Shown piece by piece: positions 41,713 to 55,612 of a DNA stretch of 64,000 nucleotides. The notes beneath the pieces are model-generated. The model saw only the letters and a list, made by a program, of their open reading frames with translations. It made no database searches and was not told where the DNA came from. Positions within the stretch are counted from its first letter, which is position 1, and each line of letters opens with the position of its first letter. The position numbers and the translations under genes were made by a program. Source of the stretch: Eledone cirrhosa (Eukaryota). The DNA lies in contig OZ024740.1 of NCBI GenBank assembly GCA_964016885.1, positions 392,212,001 to 392,276,000 on the forward strand, in the 5' to 3' direction.

Positions 41713-41758
<46 letters not shown>

Positions 41759-41766
41759 CATACATA

Positions 41767-41884
<118 letters not shown>

Positions 41885-41893
41885 TATATATAT

Positions 41894-42118
41894 AGGAACG
41901 AGTAGGACCCCGACGGCTGAGCTCAAGCCGTTTCGACGGCTAATTCTGGACTAAAAAAAATAAAGTTTTTATTTTTTATTTTTTTAGTCCAGAATTAGCC
42001 GTCGAAACGGCTTGAGCTCAGCCGTCGGGGTCCTACTCGTTCCTATATATACTACCCTAATTATTGAGTACTTTGGTGCGTTATGGTCCATCTGGTTCCT
42101 TACCACATTTCCTTCGTT
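41894..42118 (+). mobile_element. Fold-back element, family B (also 42727-42918, diverged 47632-47730, 61888-62035) carrying only the 3' half of a hammerhead
   Basis: Arms AGGAACGAGTAGGACCCCGACGGCTGAGCTCAAGCCGTTTCGACGGCTAATTCTGGAC and reverse complement; GAAA-CGGCT TGAGCTC AGCCG-TC; shared tail ..TGAGTACTTTGGTGCGTTATGGTCCA..; all within (TA)n. Confidence 0.65.
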
Positions 42119-42164
42119 ACATATATATATATATATATATATACATATATACATATATATATAC

Positions 42165-42293
<129 letters not shown>

Positions 42294-42423
42294 CATAAAT
42301 GAAGTAATTCCGTCGGAAAAGTCCTGGAAAAAAGAGTGCTCTATGTAGGTAACAGAGCTTAATAGTTATGTAATAATTGAAATAATTGTCTTATGTTGTT
42401 TATTACATAACTATATATATACA

Positions 42424-42463
<40 letters not shown>

Positions 42464-42553
42464 AATATACATATATATATATACATATAAATATATATAC
42501 ATATACATATATATATATATACATATACATATATATATATATACATATATATT

Positions 42554-42586
<33 letters not shown>

Positions 42587-42603
42587 ATATATACATATAT
42601 ATT

Positions 42604-42681
<78 letters not shown>

Positions 42682-42916
42682 CATATATATATGTATATAT
42701 ACATACATATATATATATATATATATAGGAACCAGTAAGACCCCGACAGCTGAGCTCAAGCCGTTTCGACGGCTAATTCTGGACTGAATTAGCCGTCGAA
42801 ACGGCTTGAGCTCAGCTGTCGGGGTCTTACTGGTTCCTATTACCCACTCTACTACCTCAAGTAATGAGTACTTTGGTGCGTTATGGTCCACCTGGTTCCT
42901 TACCACATTTCCTTCG

Positions 42917-42953
<37 letters not shown>

Positions 42954-42982
42954 TATAGATATATATACATATAAATATATAG

Positions 42983-43017
<35 letters not shown>

Positions 43018-43036
43018 AATATATAGATATATATAC

Positions 43037-43309
<273 letters not shown>

Positions 43310-43409
43310 CATATATATATATATACATATATAATAATAATAATAAAAGTGATGTTGATGGTGATGATTAATAGAAAATCCTATTTTCATCATTTCAAAA
43401 AGCAAAACA

Positions 43410-43577
43410 ATTGATACGTTGGATATGACTATTGGTCGTTAGCATGCTCAACCAGCCGTGACGCTTAAACCAATCAGCTGTAGTAATTCAGTGAAACTAC
43501 ACACTGATTGGTCGAAATACAGTTTACAGGGCTTTGCATTCTGGAGCCACTTTTCTCTGTATAAAATGTATAAAAGG
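43410..43577 (+). promoter_or_regulatory. Candidate Pol II promoter (CCAAT boxes + TATA) of a pLTR-like element
   Basis: ATTGG at 43431, CCAAT at 43470, ATTGG at 43507, TATAAAA twice at ~43560-43576, about 65 nt upstream of a hammerhead. Confidence 0.4.
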
Positions 43578-43638
43578 TAGGAAATTTACCCATCTCATTA
43601 CAGTTGAAAATTGCAAACTCGACTGTCACCACATATCA

Positions 43639-43677
43639 TGAACCTGAAGATTGCGAAAGCATGAAAGTACTTGTTCA
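43639..43677 (+). ncRNA. Minimal type I hammerhead motif
   Basis: TGAAC-CTGAAGA-T.TGC GAAA GCA.T-GAAA-GTAC-TT-GTTCA; 5-bp stem I, GNRA-capped stem II, palindromic AGTACT stem III. Confidence 0.75.
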
Positions 43678-43890
43678 ATTAACACTTAGAATTTAATATT
43701 CTATCATACTATTTCATTATAATACCATTATATATATTTTAAAGGATTGTAAATAAAACGAGTAAATCAGACAAAGTTGGAATTCCTCTTATTAATATAA
43801 TCTTCTATACACAATCATACACACTCGTGTATATTTACCTATCTATATCTATATATATACATATATATATACATATATATATATATACAC

Positions 43891-43923
<33 letters not shown>

Positions 43924-43926
43924 CAC

Positions 43927-43975
<49 letters not shown>

Positions 43976-44004
43976 CATATACATATATATATATATACAG
44001 ATAC

Positions 44005-44039
<35 letters not shown>

Positions 44040-44047
44040 CATACATA

Positions 44048-45098
<1,051 letters not shown>

Positions 45099-45103
45099 TA
45101 TAC

Positions 45104-45154
<51 letters not shown>

Positions 45155-45947
45155 AATTAATATACTAGAGTGTGTTGGAGTTAAACACCCTCTTCATATT
45201 TTAGAAATGACAGTAAAGGTATAGCTCAATGTAATTAAACAGCCGTCTGTTTTCTTACAACGGTATAGATATTTTTCCAGCACAATTTTTTCAACACAAT
45301 TTAGTTCTGTATGATATTTTTTCTCACCCTGTGTGTAACTTTATATGATTTGTTAAGTTATATGCCAATATATTATAATATTGTTATTTTAGTGTTATTG
45401 TAATATTTATATTGTTTGTGCAAATTGACCGGAGATTATAAATTATATAATTATATAGTATATTATATATTATATGTTTACTTTTACTCATTTCTTTATC
45501 ATTTTATACTGTAAATAATATACGTATTATATTTTTATTTTTATTTTTATTTATATTTAAACTCTTAATAAGTGTTAGTTTATGTTTGTATTGATGGATA
45601 TGTGTATTGATATATATATATATATATGTGTACATATGTATATATATATATATGTATATTGGGCCTTTTAATATTATTATTATTATCATTATCAATTATA
45701 TTATATTATATTATATTATATTATATATAGTACTGTAATTCTCGCTTTATATCACCACTTGTGTTTAGTTTTAGTTTTTGCATTGTACTATATTTGTAAT
45801 ATGGTTCAAAATGTTATTCACTTCCTTAGCAATTTTTACTTGATAATTTTTACTTGATAATTTTCCTATGCTTTAATGTATGTATACTCCTTATTCTTCT
45901 GAGTTTTTGGCTTGTATTGGCCGATAGTGCTTCTTATAGCTTTACTT

Positions 45948-45985
45948 GCCCTGATGAGTCCTTAATAGGACGAAACATTGTTGGC
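45948..45985 (+). ncRNA. Minimal type I hammerhead motif
   Basis: GCC-CTGATGA-GTCC TTAATA GGAC-GAAAC ATT GTT-GGC, immediately followed by AATAAA; canonical core and G-C closed stem II. Confidence 0.8.
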
Positions 45986-46045
45986 TAATAAAGACTTTTG
46001 ATGTATTGAAGGGTTCTTTGGTTTTCATAATATATATATATATAC

Positions 46046-46107
<62 letters not shown>

Positions 46108-46109
<2 letters not shown>

Positions 46110-46479
46110 AGGCACATGGCTTAGTAGTTAGTGGCCTTGCAATCGAAAGGTTGTGAGTTCAATTCTCAAGTGATGTGTTGTTTCCTTGGGCAAGGCACTT
46201 TATTTCACATTGCTCCAGTTTACTCAGCTGTAGAAATGAGATGTTAGGACTGGGGTCCCTATCATTCCACTGCAAAGTGGTTGTGGAGGTGCCACGGCAA
46301 AAAAAGCATCCAGCCCACACTCTAAAGTGGATGTGTAGGCGCCATGAAAAAAAAAGCACCCAGCACTCACTGTAAATGAGGCTGGTGTTAGGAAAGGCAT
46401 CCAGCTGTAGAAATCAAGCCAGAATCAGTTCCCACCTCACCCTTGCAAGAAGGGAAAAGCGGACGTAAAATGATGATGA

Positions 46480-46482
<3 letters not shown>
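46108..46482 (+). mobile_element. tRNA-derived SINE with CORE-like segment and RTE family A 3' tail (copies on - at 49353-49730 and 59552-59874; same head with another tail at 60108-60389)
   Basis: A box TGGCTTAGTAG, B box GAGTTCAATTC, CCTTGGGCAAGGCACTTTA; 3' end ACCCTTGCAAG.AGGGAAAAGCGGACGTAAAA(TGA)n shared with the LINE. Confidence 0.8.
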
Positions 46483-46553
<71 letters not shown>

Positions 46554-46589
46554 TATATATTAGTCTTCAAATTTATTATTATTACTATA

Positions 46590-46648
<59 letters not shown>

Positions 46649-47006
46649 TAGTCTTCAAATTTATTATTATTACTATATGATATATATATATATATATATA
46701 TTTATTTAATATTTCTTTTATGTTTTAATATTTCAGTCATGTATTATCCATTTCTGTTTGCTAGTGTAATTTTGCTTTAGTGAATTTTCTTGTTGCTGTA
46801 GTACATTTTTTTTTAATAACCGGATGTTCTTTTTGCCAATAACTTCTCAACTGTGAAGTTGGAGTGGAACATGCAGTGAGCCAGTTAGTTTGAAGTATAT
46901 AGTAGAAGTGTGTACCTTGCTCAGAACAAAGGCAGAACACAATGCCTGTAATGGTTTGAAGTCAGATCTATTCATCCTGGAGAAGTCAGATCCATTCATC
47001 TTGGTA

Positions 47007-47057
<51 letters not shown>

Positions 47058-47060
<3 letters not shown>

Positions 47061-47372
47061 TCATCATCATCATAATTTTACGTCCGCTTTTCCCTGCTTG
47101 CAAGGGTGGGACGGGTCTTATTCAGCACAGCATCTCTCCACTCGTCACGGTCCCTCGTCATCTCCACCATGAGCTTCAATGATCTGAGGTCTGTTCTCAC
47201 CACCTCCGCCCATGTTTTTCGTGGTCTACCTCTACCACGTCTTCCTTCAGCTGGCAATTCCTGGCACTTCTTCACCCATCGGTCATCCTCCATGCGCATC
47301 ACATGTCCATACCACCTCAGTCTCCTCTCCCGTACACTACATTCTATCCCTCTCAGACACAGTTTCTCTCTC
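47058..47372 (-). mobile_element. RTE family A short 3' fragment
   Basis: [28 protein letters not shown] plus tail. Confidence 0.9.
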
Positions 47373-47728
47373 ATATATATATATATATATATTAAAATAA
47401 CAGATTGAAGTTTAAGCAAAGAATCGCTGCTTTCACCCTTAACAGGATCTTCTGAAATATTTATATATTTGATATATATTTATCCTTATCGAGCCCTCTT
47501 TAGATTTTAGTCTTCACATTTATTATTATTACTATATATATATATATATATATATATAGTCACTTATATATTATGAAATACTGTTGGCTTCACGCTCAAA
47601 ATAATTTCTATACTTTTCATATATATATATATAGGAAAAGAGTCAGGAACTCGATGGCTGAGCTCCAGCCGTTTCGACAGCTAGATATGAACTATGGTCC
47701 ACCTGGTTTCTTACCACACTTACTTTGC

Positions 47729-47762
<34 letters not shown>

Positions 47763-47959
47763 AGTATATATATTGCTCCATCTTCCCTTGTATTTTAACA
47801 CTGTTCATCTAGGATTGCTTATTCATTCGGCATGAGCTCGCTTGTATCACAACTAACCATCATACCTGGTGGTCATATCACTATCTGCCACCTGCAACCC
47901 ATTCTCTAGCAAAACAGCTCTACTGAGAATGTTTACAGGAACATGTATGTATATGTGTG

Positions 47960-47993
<34 letters not shown>

Positions 47994-48070
47994 ATATATC
48001 CCTTCCAGATGCTGTACTGATTGTGTTGTTATTTCTGTTTACCTTTTACATACATATATATATATATAAA

Positions 48071-49324
48071 CAATATATTAATAAATGGAAACTATATTTA
48101 TAAAACCATAATTATTTTATTATATATATTTCAAGGGCAACCAAGGCAAATTATGGTGGGCTTTCATCAGATAAAATACAGATTTGTTTTATAAATAAAT
48201 ATTGACATACCTGGAAAAAAAAATTTTTTAAAGGTTTTTTTATGTATCCTTGAAGTCATTTGAGTTCTTAAAAAATCACTTCTAACTTCCTTTAAACTTC
48301 CTTACTGTTTTTATAATCTAATTAAGTAGTTATTCCTTTGTAAACTCTCGTAAATTTTCATAAATTTGGAATTATTTGGATGTTTAAGTTTTGACTTACA
48401 ACTATTAATAAATATAATTTTGCCAAACTTACTTTAATCAAATAAACTATACTAGATTTTCTCTAATGTAAAATACTATACATTTAAATAATTTATAATC
48501 CATAACATACACATCTAAACCAATATATTATTACTAATACATATTAATATAATATAAATACTTCTGTTTTAATTTTAATTTTTACTTTTTAATTTTAATA
48601 TTAATATTAAATTAAATTTTTAATATTAATATTAAATTAAATTTTTAATATTAAAGTAAATTTTAATCTTTAATTTTGATTTTTAATTTTTAATTTTAAT
48701 TTAATTTTTCAACTTATCATTATAAATATTATAATCACAACGTAATGAACCCTACATTCTAAATAATATTCTTCCACGTTAATCTTATTTCTTCTTTCAC
48801 TTAGATATATTTACGCTCTGTATATTCTTCCATTAAAATTTATTTCCTCGTTCACTTTGACTATCCTCCCTATCACTATGTATAATCGTTCTTTCTTTCT
48901 TCTTCTCTCTTTCTCCTTCCTTTTCTTCTCTCTCTCTTACATATCCTTTTCTTCCAACAGTTTAATTTAAATAATCTGTTATCTTTTCAACTTTTCAGAC
49001 ACTCATTTGCATACTCACTCATAACTTTGTATTACCCTCAATAAAATATTATCTCCACTATCCAGGAAGCTCCAATCGTTAAGGTTGTCTTTTTTCTGGG
49101 TATGTCAATATTTATTTATAAAACAAATATTTTATCTGATGAAAGTGCACCATAATTTGCCTTGGTTGCCCTTGAAATATATATAATAAAATAAATATGG
49201 TTTTATAAATATAGTTTCCATTTATTAATATATTGTGTATTTACTCCACTAATCTGTTGAGTGCTTTATATCAGTTATAAAAAATGTTAAGCTTGTTGAA
49301 TCCCAACAAATTAAATATAACCTC

Positions 49325-49328
<4 letters not shown>
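48071..49328 (+). mobile_element. Penelope-like remnant, family D: ~147-bp inverted arms (48071-48218 / 49090-49236), each with a hammerhead, AT-rich interior and ~90-nt tail
   Basis: TATTTTAT-CTGATGA-AAG..ACCA..TGGT..CTT-GAAA-TATATA-TA-ATAAAATA at 49128-49193 (+) and 48113-48178 (-). Confidence 0.65.
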
Positions 49329-49355
<27 letters not shown>

Positions 49356-49750
49356 CATCATCATCATTTAACGTCCGCTTTTCCTTGCTTGCAAGGGTGA
49401 GACGGGAACTGATTCTGGCTTGATTTCTACAGCTGGATGCCCTTCCTAACACCAACCTCATTTACAGTGAGTGCTGGGTGCTTTTTTTCCGTGGTGCCTA
49501 CTTTACAGTTGTGGGCTGGGTGCTTTTTTGCCGTGGCACCTCCACGACATCTTTGCAGTGGAATGATAGGAACCCCAGTCCTATCATCTCATTTCTACAG
49601 CTGAGTAAACTGGAGCAATGTGAAATAAAGTGTCTTGCTCAAGGAAACAACACATCACCTGGTCTGAGAATTGAACTCACAACCTTTCGATTGTAAGCCC
49701 AATGCTCTAACCACTAAGCCATATGCCTCCTATATACATATACATACATA

Positions 49751-50251
49751 AAAACCTGGGACGACTTGATAAATTCCGACCTCACACACTTACACCTCTC
49801 CAAGACAATGTCACTGGACCGAGAGCTTTGGCGCTACACAGTAATAGAGAAGACCCGCCTTACCTAAGTACAAAGTGAAACCTACTACAGTCAGTAGGCA
49901 CCTCTAACAAAATACACCCCCGTCCCACTACCCCACCCCATCCACGCCACCCCTTTCAATGTAAAGTTATGTTGGTACCACAACATCCAGCCCGAAACAA
50001 ATGAGGTTGTGTAGGTGTCACGACAAAAAAACACAGTCCACACTGTAATGTGGCCGTGTAAGTAACACGGTAAAAACCTCCCAGTTCCACACTGTAAATG
50101 TGGTTGGTGTTAGGAAGGGCATCCAGCCGTAGAAAACCCGCCAGACAGTCCTATGTGAGCAAGACAACCACTCTTGCCTCAAGTGGGAAAACTCCCGTCC
50201 AAACCCATGCAAGCGTGGAATATGGACGTTAAACGATGATGATGATGATGA
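49751..50251 (+). mobile_element. RTE family B 3' fragment
   Basis: KTWDDLINSDLTHL.. plus 3' UTR and (GAT)n. Confidence 0.88.
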
Positions 50252-50493
50252 GTAAAGCTGTACTGCTAGAGAATGGGTTACAGGTGGCAGATAGTGATAC
50301 TGCCACTAGATATGATGGTTAGTTGCGATATAAGCAAGCTCATGCTGAATGAGAACACACATCTGAGGAACTTCTGATTCCAGAGTCAGGAACGAACATT
50401 ATTCGATCGTTCTTTGAGCTGATTGGTAGTGAAACATATGTGATATGTAATTAAATATGTATATGATGCAATACTGATTCTTTGTTCCCATAT

Positions 50494-50958
50494 ATCATCA
50501 TCATCATAATTTTACGTCCGCTTTTCCCTGCTTGCAAGGGTGGGACGGGTCTTATTCAGCACAGCATCTATCCACTTGTCACGATCCTTCGTCATCCCAA
50601 CCATGAGCTTCAGCGATCTGAGGTCTGTTTTCACCACCTCCGCCCATGTTTTTCGCGGTCTACCTCTACCACGTCTTCCTTCAACTGGGACTTCCTGGCA
50701 CTTCTTCACCCATCGGTCATCCTCCATGCGCATTACATGTCCATACCCCCCGCAGTCTCCTCTCTCGCACACTACATTCTATCCCTCTAAGACACAGTTT
50801 CTCTCTCAACACATCCATGCTGGGTCGTTAACGCACATTGACATTGCACATCCAACGGAGCATGCTTGCCTCATTTCTCTCCAGCCATCACATATCCTCT
50901 TCAGTTGCTGCCAATGTCTCACTACCATGCAGCATATCGCTCCTCACACAGGCATCAT
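50494..50958 (-). mobile_element. RTE family A 3' fragment
   Basis: [35 protein letters not shown]. Confidence 0.88.
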
Positions 50959-50981
50959 ATATATATATATATATATATACA

Positions 50982-51082
50982 CAAGTTACCCCACAAAAAT
51001 GTATACACACTTTAACAGCATTCTAATAAATATTGCCTGTATAGGTAATCAAAGTGTGTATATATTTTTGGGGGGGGACACC

Positions 51083-51085
<3 letters not shown>
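50982..51085. mobile_element. ~105-bp Tc1/mariner-type MITE
   Basis: Imperfect TIRs CCCCACAAAAATGTATACACACTTT / AAAGTGTGTATATATTTTTGGGGG..GACACCCTG|TA in (TA)n. Confidence 0.6.
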
Positions 51086-51133
<48 letters not shown>

Positions 51134-51764
51134 TTCACATAATCTTACTTGGTGTTTAGAGAGCAGTTTTTCTTTCTCTTAGATTCACCACTGTAGAAAC
51201 CAGAAGAAATGAACCCTACTTCAAAAATTTGATTACATTTTCTTTTTTGGCTTCTTCACTTGCATCTATCAATATAGTGATGATATTTGTGAATAAAATC
51301 CATTGTGTTTAGGGTTATCTATTAACACTCTAAACTTTTTTCTTTCTATTCTTGGTTTTTCTTTCCTTTTTATACCCCATCTCACTATATTACCTCTTTC
51401 TCTCTACCACTTATAGAAAATAATTGTTATTGTAAATTACATATTTTAGGAAATTATTTCCAGCTCCCCAGGACTTGGGGTGATTCATTCTTCTTGTTTA
51501 TTATCTATTCCTTCTCAATTTCCTTTTCTTTTAGTTTTCTCTTTTTAAAACATTAAAACTCCTGTAATACACTTCAAAAGTAACATTAAGTACCATATTC
51601 CCCTTTCCTACTGGACAGTTTCACTTCCCCCTATAAGCTATATATGTATTGTGGCAGCATGTGTGTGAGAGAGAAAGAGAGAGATGGATGGAGTCAGTTT
51701 TTTTGTTTGAAAAGTTACACAACAGCGGTATATACAGTGCAAGGGTTTCTAGTGCAGGCTATAT

Positions 51765-51805
<41 letters not shown>

Positions 51806-53059
51806 TTTAAATCTGATTTTCCCTGCTTGAAATGGTTTTTACAGGACTAGAACTGTTTCATTAGAAGGAAATCATGGTAGAGCCATAAAATTAAAAAAGA
51901 CATGCTTGGAAAGACTGGAAGAAAAGGAGAGAGAGAGAGCAATACCTCATAGCTAGAAGAGAGGCCAGAAGCTAGGTATACCTAGCAAGGGGAGAGGTAA
52001 AAAAAAAAGTTTGCACATGTCCAGCATCATTAAGAAACAGTTCTAGTCCTGTAGAAGCCATTTTTATATTAAATCTTGTATATACTCTACTATGTATTGA
52101 GTAACTTACTTACTGTGGTTACCCCTGAATGAACCCGGGACTCACACACATATATGTGTGTGTGTGTGTTAGTTAAGTATGTAACAGCAGTTACAGGTGG
52201 CATGTGTCTTTGCACATATAAGCTTGCATATCTGATGAGATGTCAAAAAAGAGTTGGACCCGTCACCTTGATTGTACCCTGAGCTGATAGATATTAAAAC
52301 AATTGTAATATGCAAATAACGTTTCTATATATGCAGCAAAACTGACTTTGACTCTTTTAAATATATATATATGAAGTAAAACAGACCATGTTGTTGCCAA
52401 AAATTACTTCTCTGAGTTTGATAATTAATTTGTACATTTTATCCATTCATTGAGATGTCTAAGTATTAGAAATATATACATTTTTAAATGGTATATATAT
52501 ATATATATGTTTATCCCTTTCATGACTGCATTTCTAATGAAATACGCTCTGTTTAATTTAATTAATGAAGAATTTTGAGGGATTCACAAAAATTATTATT
52601 TCAGGTGGTGCTATTCAGTTAGATATGGCCTGGGCCAATACTGGCCGAAACCTATCAAAGTTATCAAAGTTATTACTAAGATAGCAACTTAATGTAAGGT
52701 TCTTATGTAAAATTATGTTAATTTAAATTGGAAACGCTTAAAATGGGTGATTTATTTCATAGAACCAGAGTCAGTTTGGTCGGGTTGGTAACAAAAGGAT
52801 TATATATATATAACTATATATATATATACATATATATATAACTATACGCTGCAAAGCATGTTGCACAATACTCTTCCAATACTGCTAATTCATTGTAGAA
52901 TAATAAGTAGGTATTACATATCAATTTAGCATCTTCAACATATTTTATTCACCTATGGCACTTGTTGTAGTTGCTGATGTTGCTGTCAATGTCACCCAAA
53001 TTCATGCTGCCATCACCTGTATCAGTGTCAACCCAGTCACCTCATTGTAGTAGCTACTA

Positions 53060-55612
53060 TTGTTATTATTGTTGGTGTTGCTGTTGTACTTACTATTGTG
53101 GTCATTGTTGCTGTTGGTGTTGCTGTTGTACTTACTATTGTGGTCATTGTTGCTGTTGGTGGTGTTGTTGTACTTACTATTGTGGTTATTGTTGCTGTTG
53201 GTGGTGTTGTTGTACTTACTATTGTGGTTATTGTTGCTGTTGGTGGTGTTGTTGTACTTACTATTGTGGTCATTGTTGCTGTTGGTGGTGTTGTTGTACT
53301 TACTATTGTGGTCATTGTTGCTGTTGGTGGTGTTGTTGTACTTACTATTGTGGTCATTGTTGTTGTTGGTGGTGTTGTTGTACTTACTATTGTGGTCATT
53401 GTTGCTGTTGGTGGTGTTGTTGTACTTACTATTGTGGTCATTGTCGTTGTTGATGGTGTTGTTGTACTTACTATTGTGGTCATTGTCGTTGTTGGTGGTG
53501 TTGTTGTACTTACTATTGTGGTTATTGTTGCTGTTGGTGGTGTTGTTGTACTTACTATTGTGGTCATTGTTGCTGTTGGTGGTGTTGTTGTACTTACTAT
53601 TGTGGTTATTGTTGCTGTTGGTGGTGTTGTTGTACTTACTATTGTGGTTATTGTTGCTGTTGGTGGTGTTGTTGTACTTACTATTGTGGTTATTGTTGCT
53701 GTTGGTGGTGTTGTTGTACTTACTATTGTGGTTATTGTTGCTGTTGGTGGTGTTGTTGTACTTACTATTGTGGTCATTGTTGCTGTTGGTGGTGTTGTTG
53801 TACTTACTATTGTGGTTATTGTTGCTGTTGGTGGTGTTGTTGTACTTACTATTGTGGTTATTGTTGCTGTTGGTGGTGTTGTTGTACTTACTATTGTGGT
53901 CATTGTTGCTGTTGGTGGTGTTGTTGTACTTACTATTGTGGTCATTGTCGTTGTTGATGGTGTTGTTGTACTTACTATTGTGGTCATTGTCGTTGTTGGT
54001 GGTGTTGTTGTACTTACTATTGTGGTTATTGTTGCTGTTGGTGGTGTTGTTGTACTTACTATTGTGGTTATTGTTGCTGTTGGTGGTGTTGTTGTACTTA
54101 CTATTGTGGTCATTGTTGTTGGTGGTGGTGTTGTTGTACTTACTATTGTGGTTATTGTTGCTGTTGGTGGTGTTGTTGTACTTACTATTGTGGTCATTGT
54201 TGTTGGTGGTGGTGTTGTTGTACTTACTATTGTGGTCATTGTTGTTGGTGGTGGTGTTGTTGTACTTACTATTGTGGTCATTGTTGTTGTTGGTGGTGTT
54301 GTTGTACTTACTATTGTGGTCATTGTTGCTGTTGGTGGTGTTGTTGTACTTACTATTGTGGTTATTGTTGCTGTTGGTGGTGTTGTTGTACTTACTATTG
54401 TGGTCATTGTTGTTGTTGGTGGTGTTGTTGTACTTACTATTGTGGTTATTGTTGCTGTTGGTGGTGTTGTTGTACTTACTATTGTGGTTATTGTTGCTGT
54501 TGGTGGTGTTGTTGTACTTACTATTGTGGTTATTGTTGCTGTTGGTGGTGTTGTTGTACTTACTATTGTGGTCATTGTCGTTGTTGATGGTGTTGTTGTA
54601 CTTATTATTGTGGTTATTGTTGCTGTTGGTGGTGTTGTTGTACTTACTATTGTGGTCATTGTTGCTGTTGATGGTGTTGTTGTACTTACTATTGTGGTCA
54701 TTGTTGCTGTTGGTGGTGTTGTTGTACTTACTATTGTGGTTATTGTTGCTGTTGGTGGTGTTGTTGTACTTACTATTGTGGTCATTGTTGCTGTTGGTGT
54801 TGTTGTTGTACTTACTATTGTGGTTATTGTTGCTGTTGGTGGTGTTGTTGTACTTACTATTGTGGTTATTGTTGCTGTTGGTGGTGTTGTTGTACTTACT
54901 ATTGTGGTTATTGTTGCTGTTGGTGGTGTTGTTGTACTTACTATTGTGGTTATTGTTGCTGTTGGTGGTGTTGTTGTACTTACTATTGTGGTCATTGTTG
55001 CTGTTGATGGTGTTGTTGTACTTACTATTGTGGTTATTGTCGTTGTTGATGGTGTTGTTGTACTTATTATTGTGGTCATTGTTGCTGTTGGTGGTGTTGT
55101 TGTACTTACTATTGTGGTCATTGTTGCTGTTGGTGGTGTTGTTGTACTTACTATTGTGGTTATTGTTGCTGTTGGTGGTGTTGTTGTACTTACTATTGTG
55201 GTTATTGTTGTTGTTGGTGGTGTTGTTGTACTTACTATTGTGGTTATTGTTGCTGTTGGTGGTGTTGTTGTACTTACTATTGTGGTTATTGTTGCTGTTG
55301 GTGGTGTTGTTGTACTTGCTATTGTGGTCATTGTTGTTGTTGGTTGTGTTGTTGTACTTACTATTGTGGTCATTGTTGTTGTTGGTGGTGTTGTTGTACT
55401 TGCTATTGTGGTCATTGTTGTTGTTGGTTGTGTTGTTGTACTTACTATTGTGGTTATTGTTGCTGTTGGTTGTGTTGTTGTACTTACTATTGTGGTTATT
55501 GTTGTTGTTGGTGGTGTTGTTGTACTTGCTATTGTGGTCATTGTTGTTGTTGGTTGTGTTGTTGTACTTACTATTGTGGTCATTGGTGTTGTTGTTGTAC
55601 TTACTATTGTGA
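53060..55612. repeat. 42-bp minisatellite, ~60 copies (GTTGCTGTTGGTGGTGTTGTTGTACTTACTATTGTGGTCATT)
   Basis: 14-codon periodicity in the long frames (TTIVSTTTPPTATM). Confidence 0.95.

Larger units (their letters stand above)
40221..41716 (-). mobile_element. Retrozyme/Penelope-pLTR-type element: 4 tandem 310-bp hammerhead-containing units + 35-bp partial unit + inverted ~218-bp partial copy
   Basis: Units start at 40221, 40531, 40841, 41151, 41461; inverted copy ~41499-41716; one hammerhead per unit; flanked by (TA)n; no meaningful ORF. Confidence 0.85.

Noticed and set aside
47420-47460. Minus-strand CAGAAGA-TCCT..AGGG-T-GAAA
   Set aside because: Core mutated and no stem I/III; at best a decayed relic.
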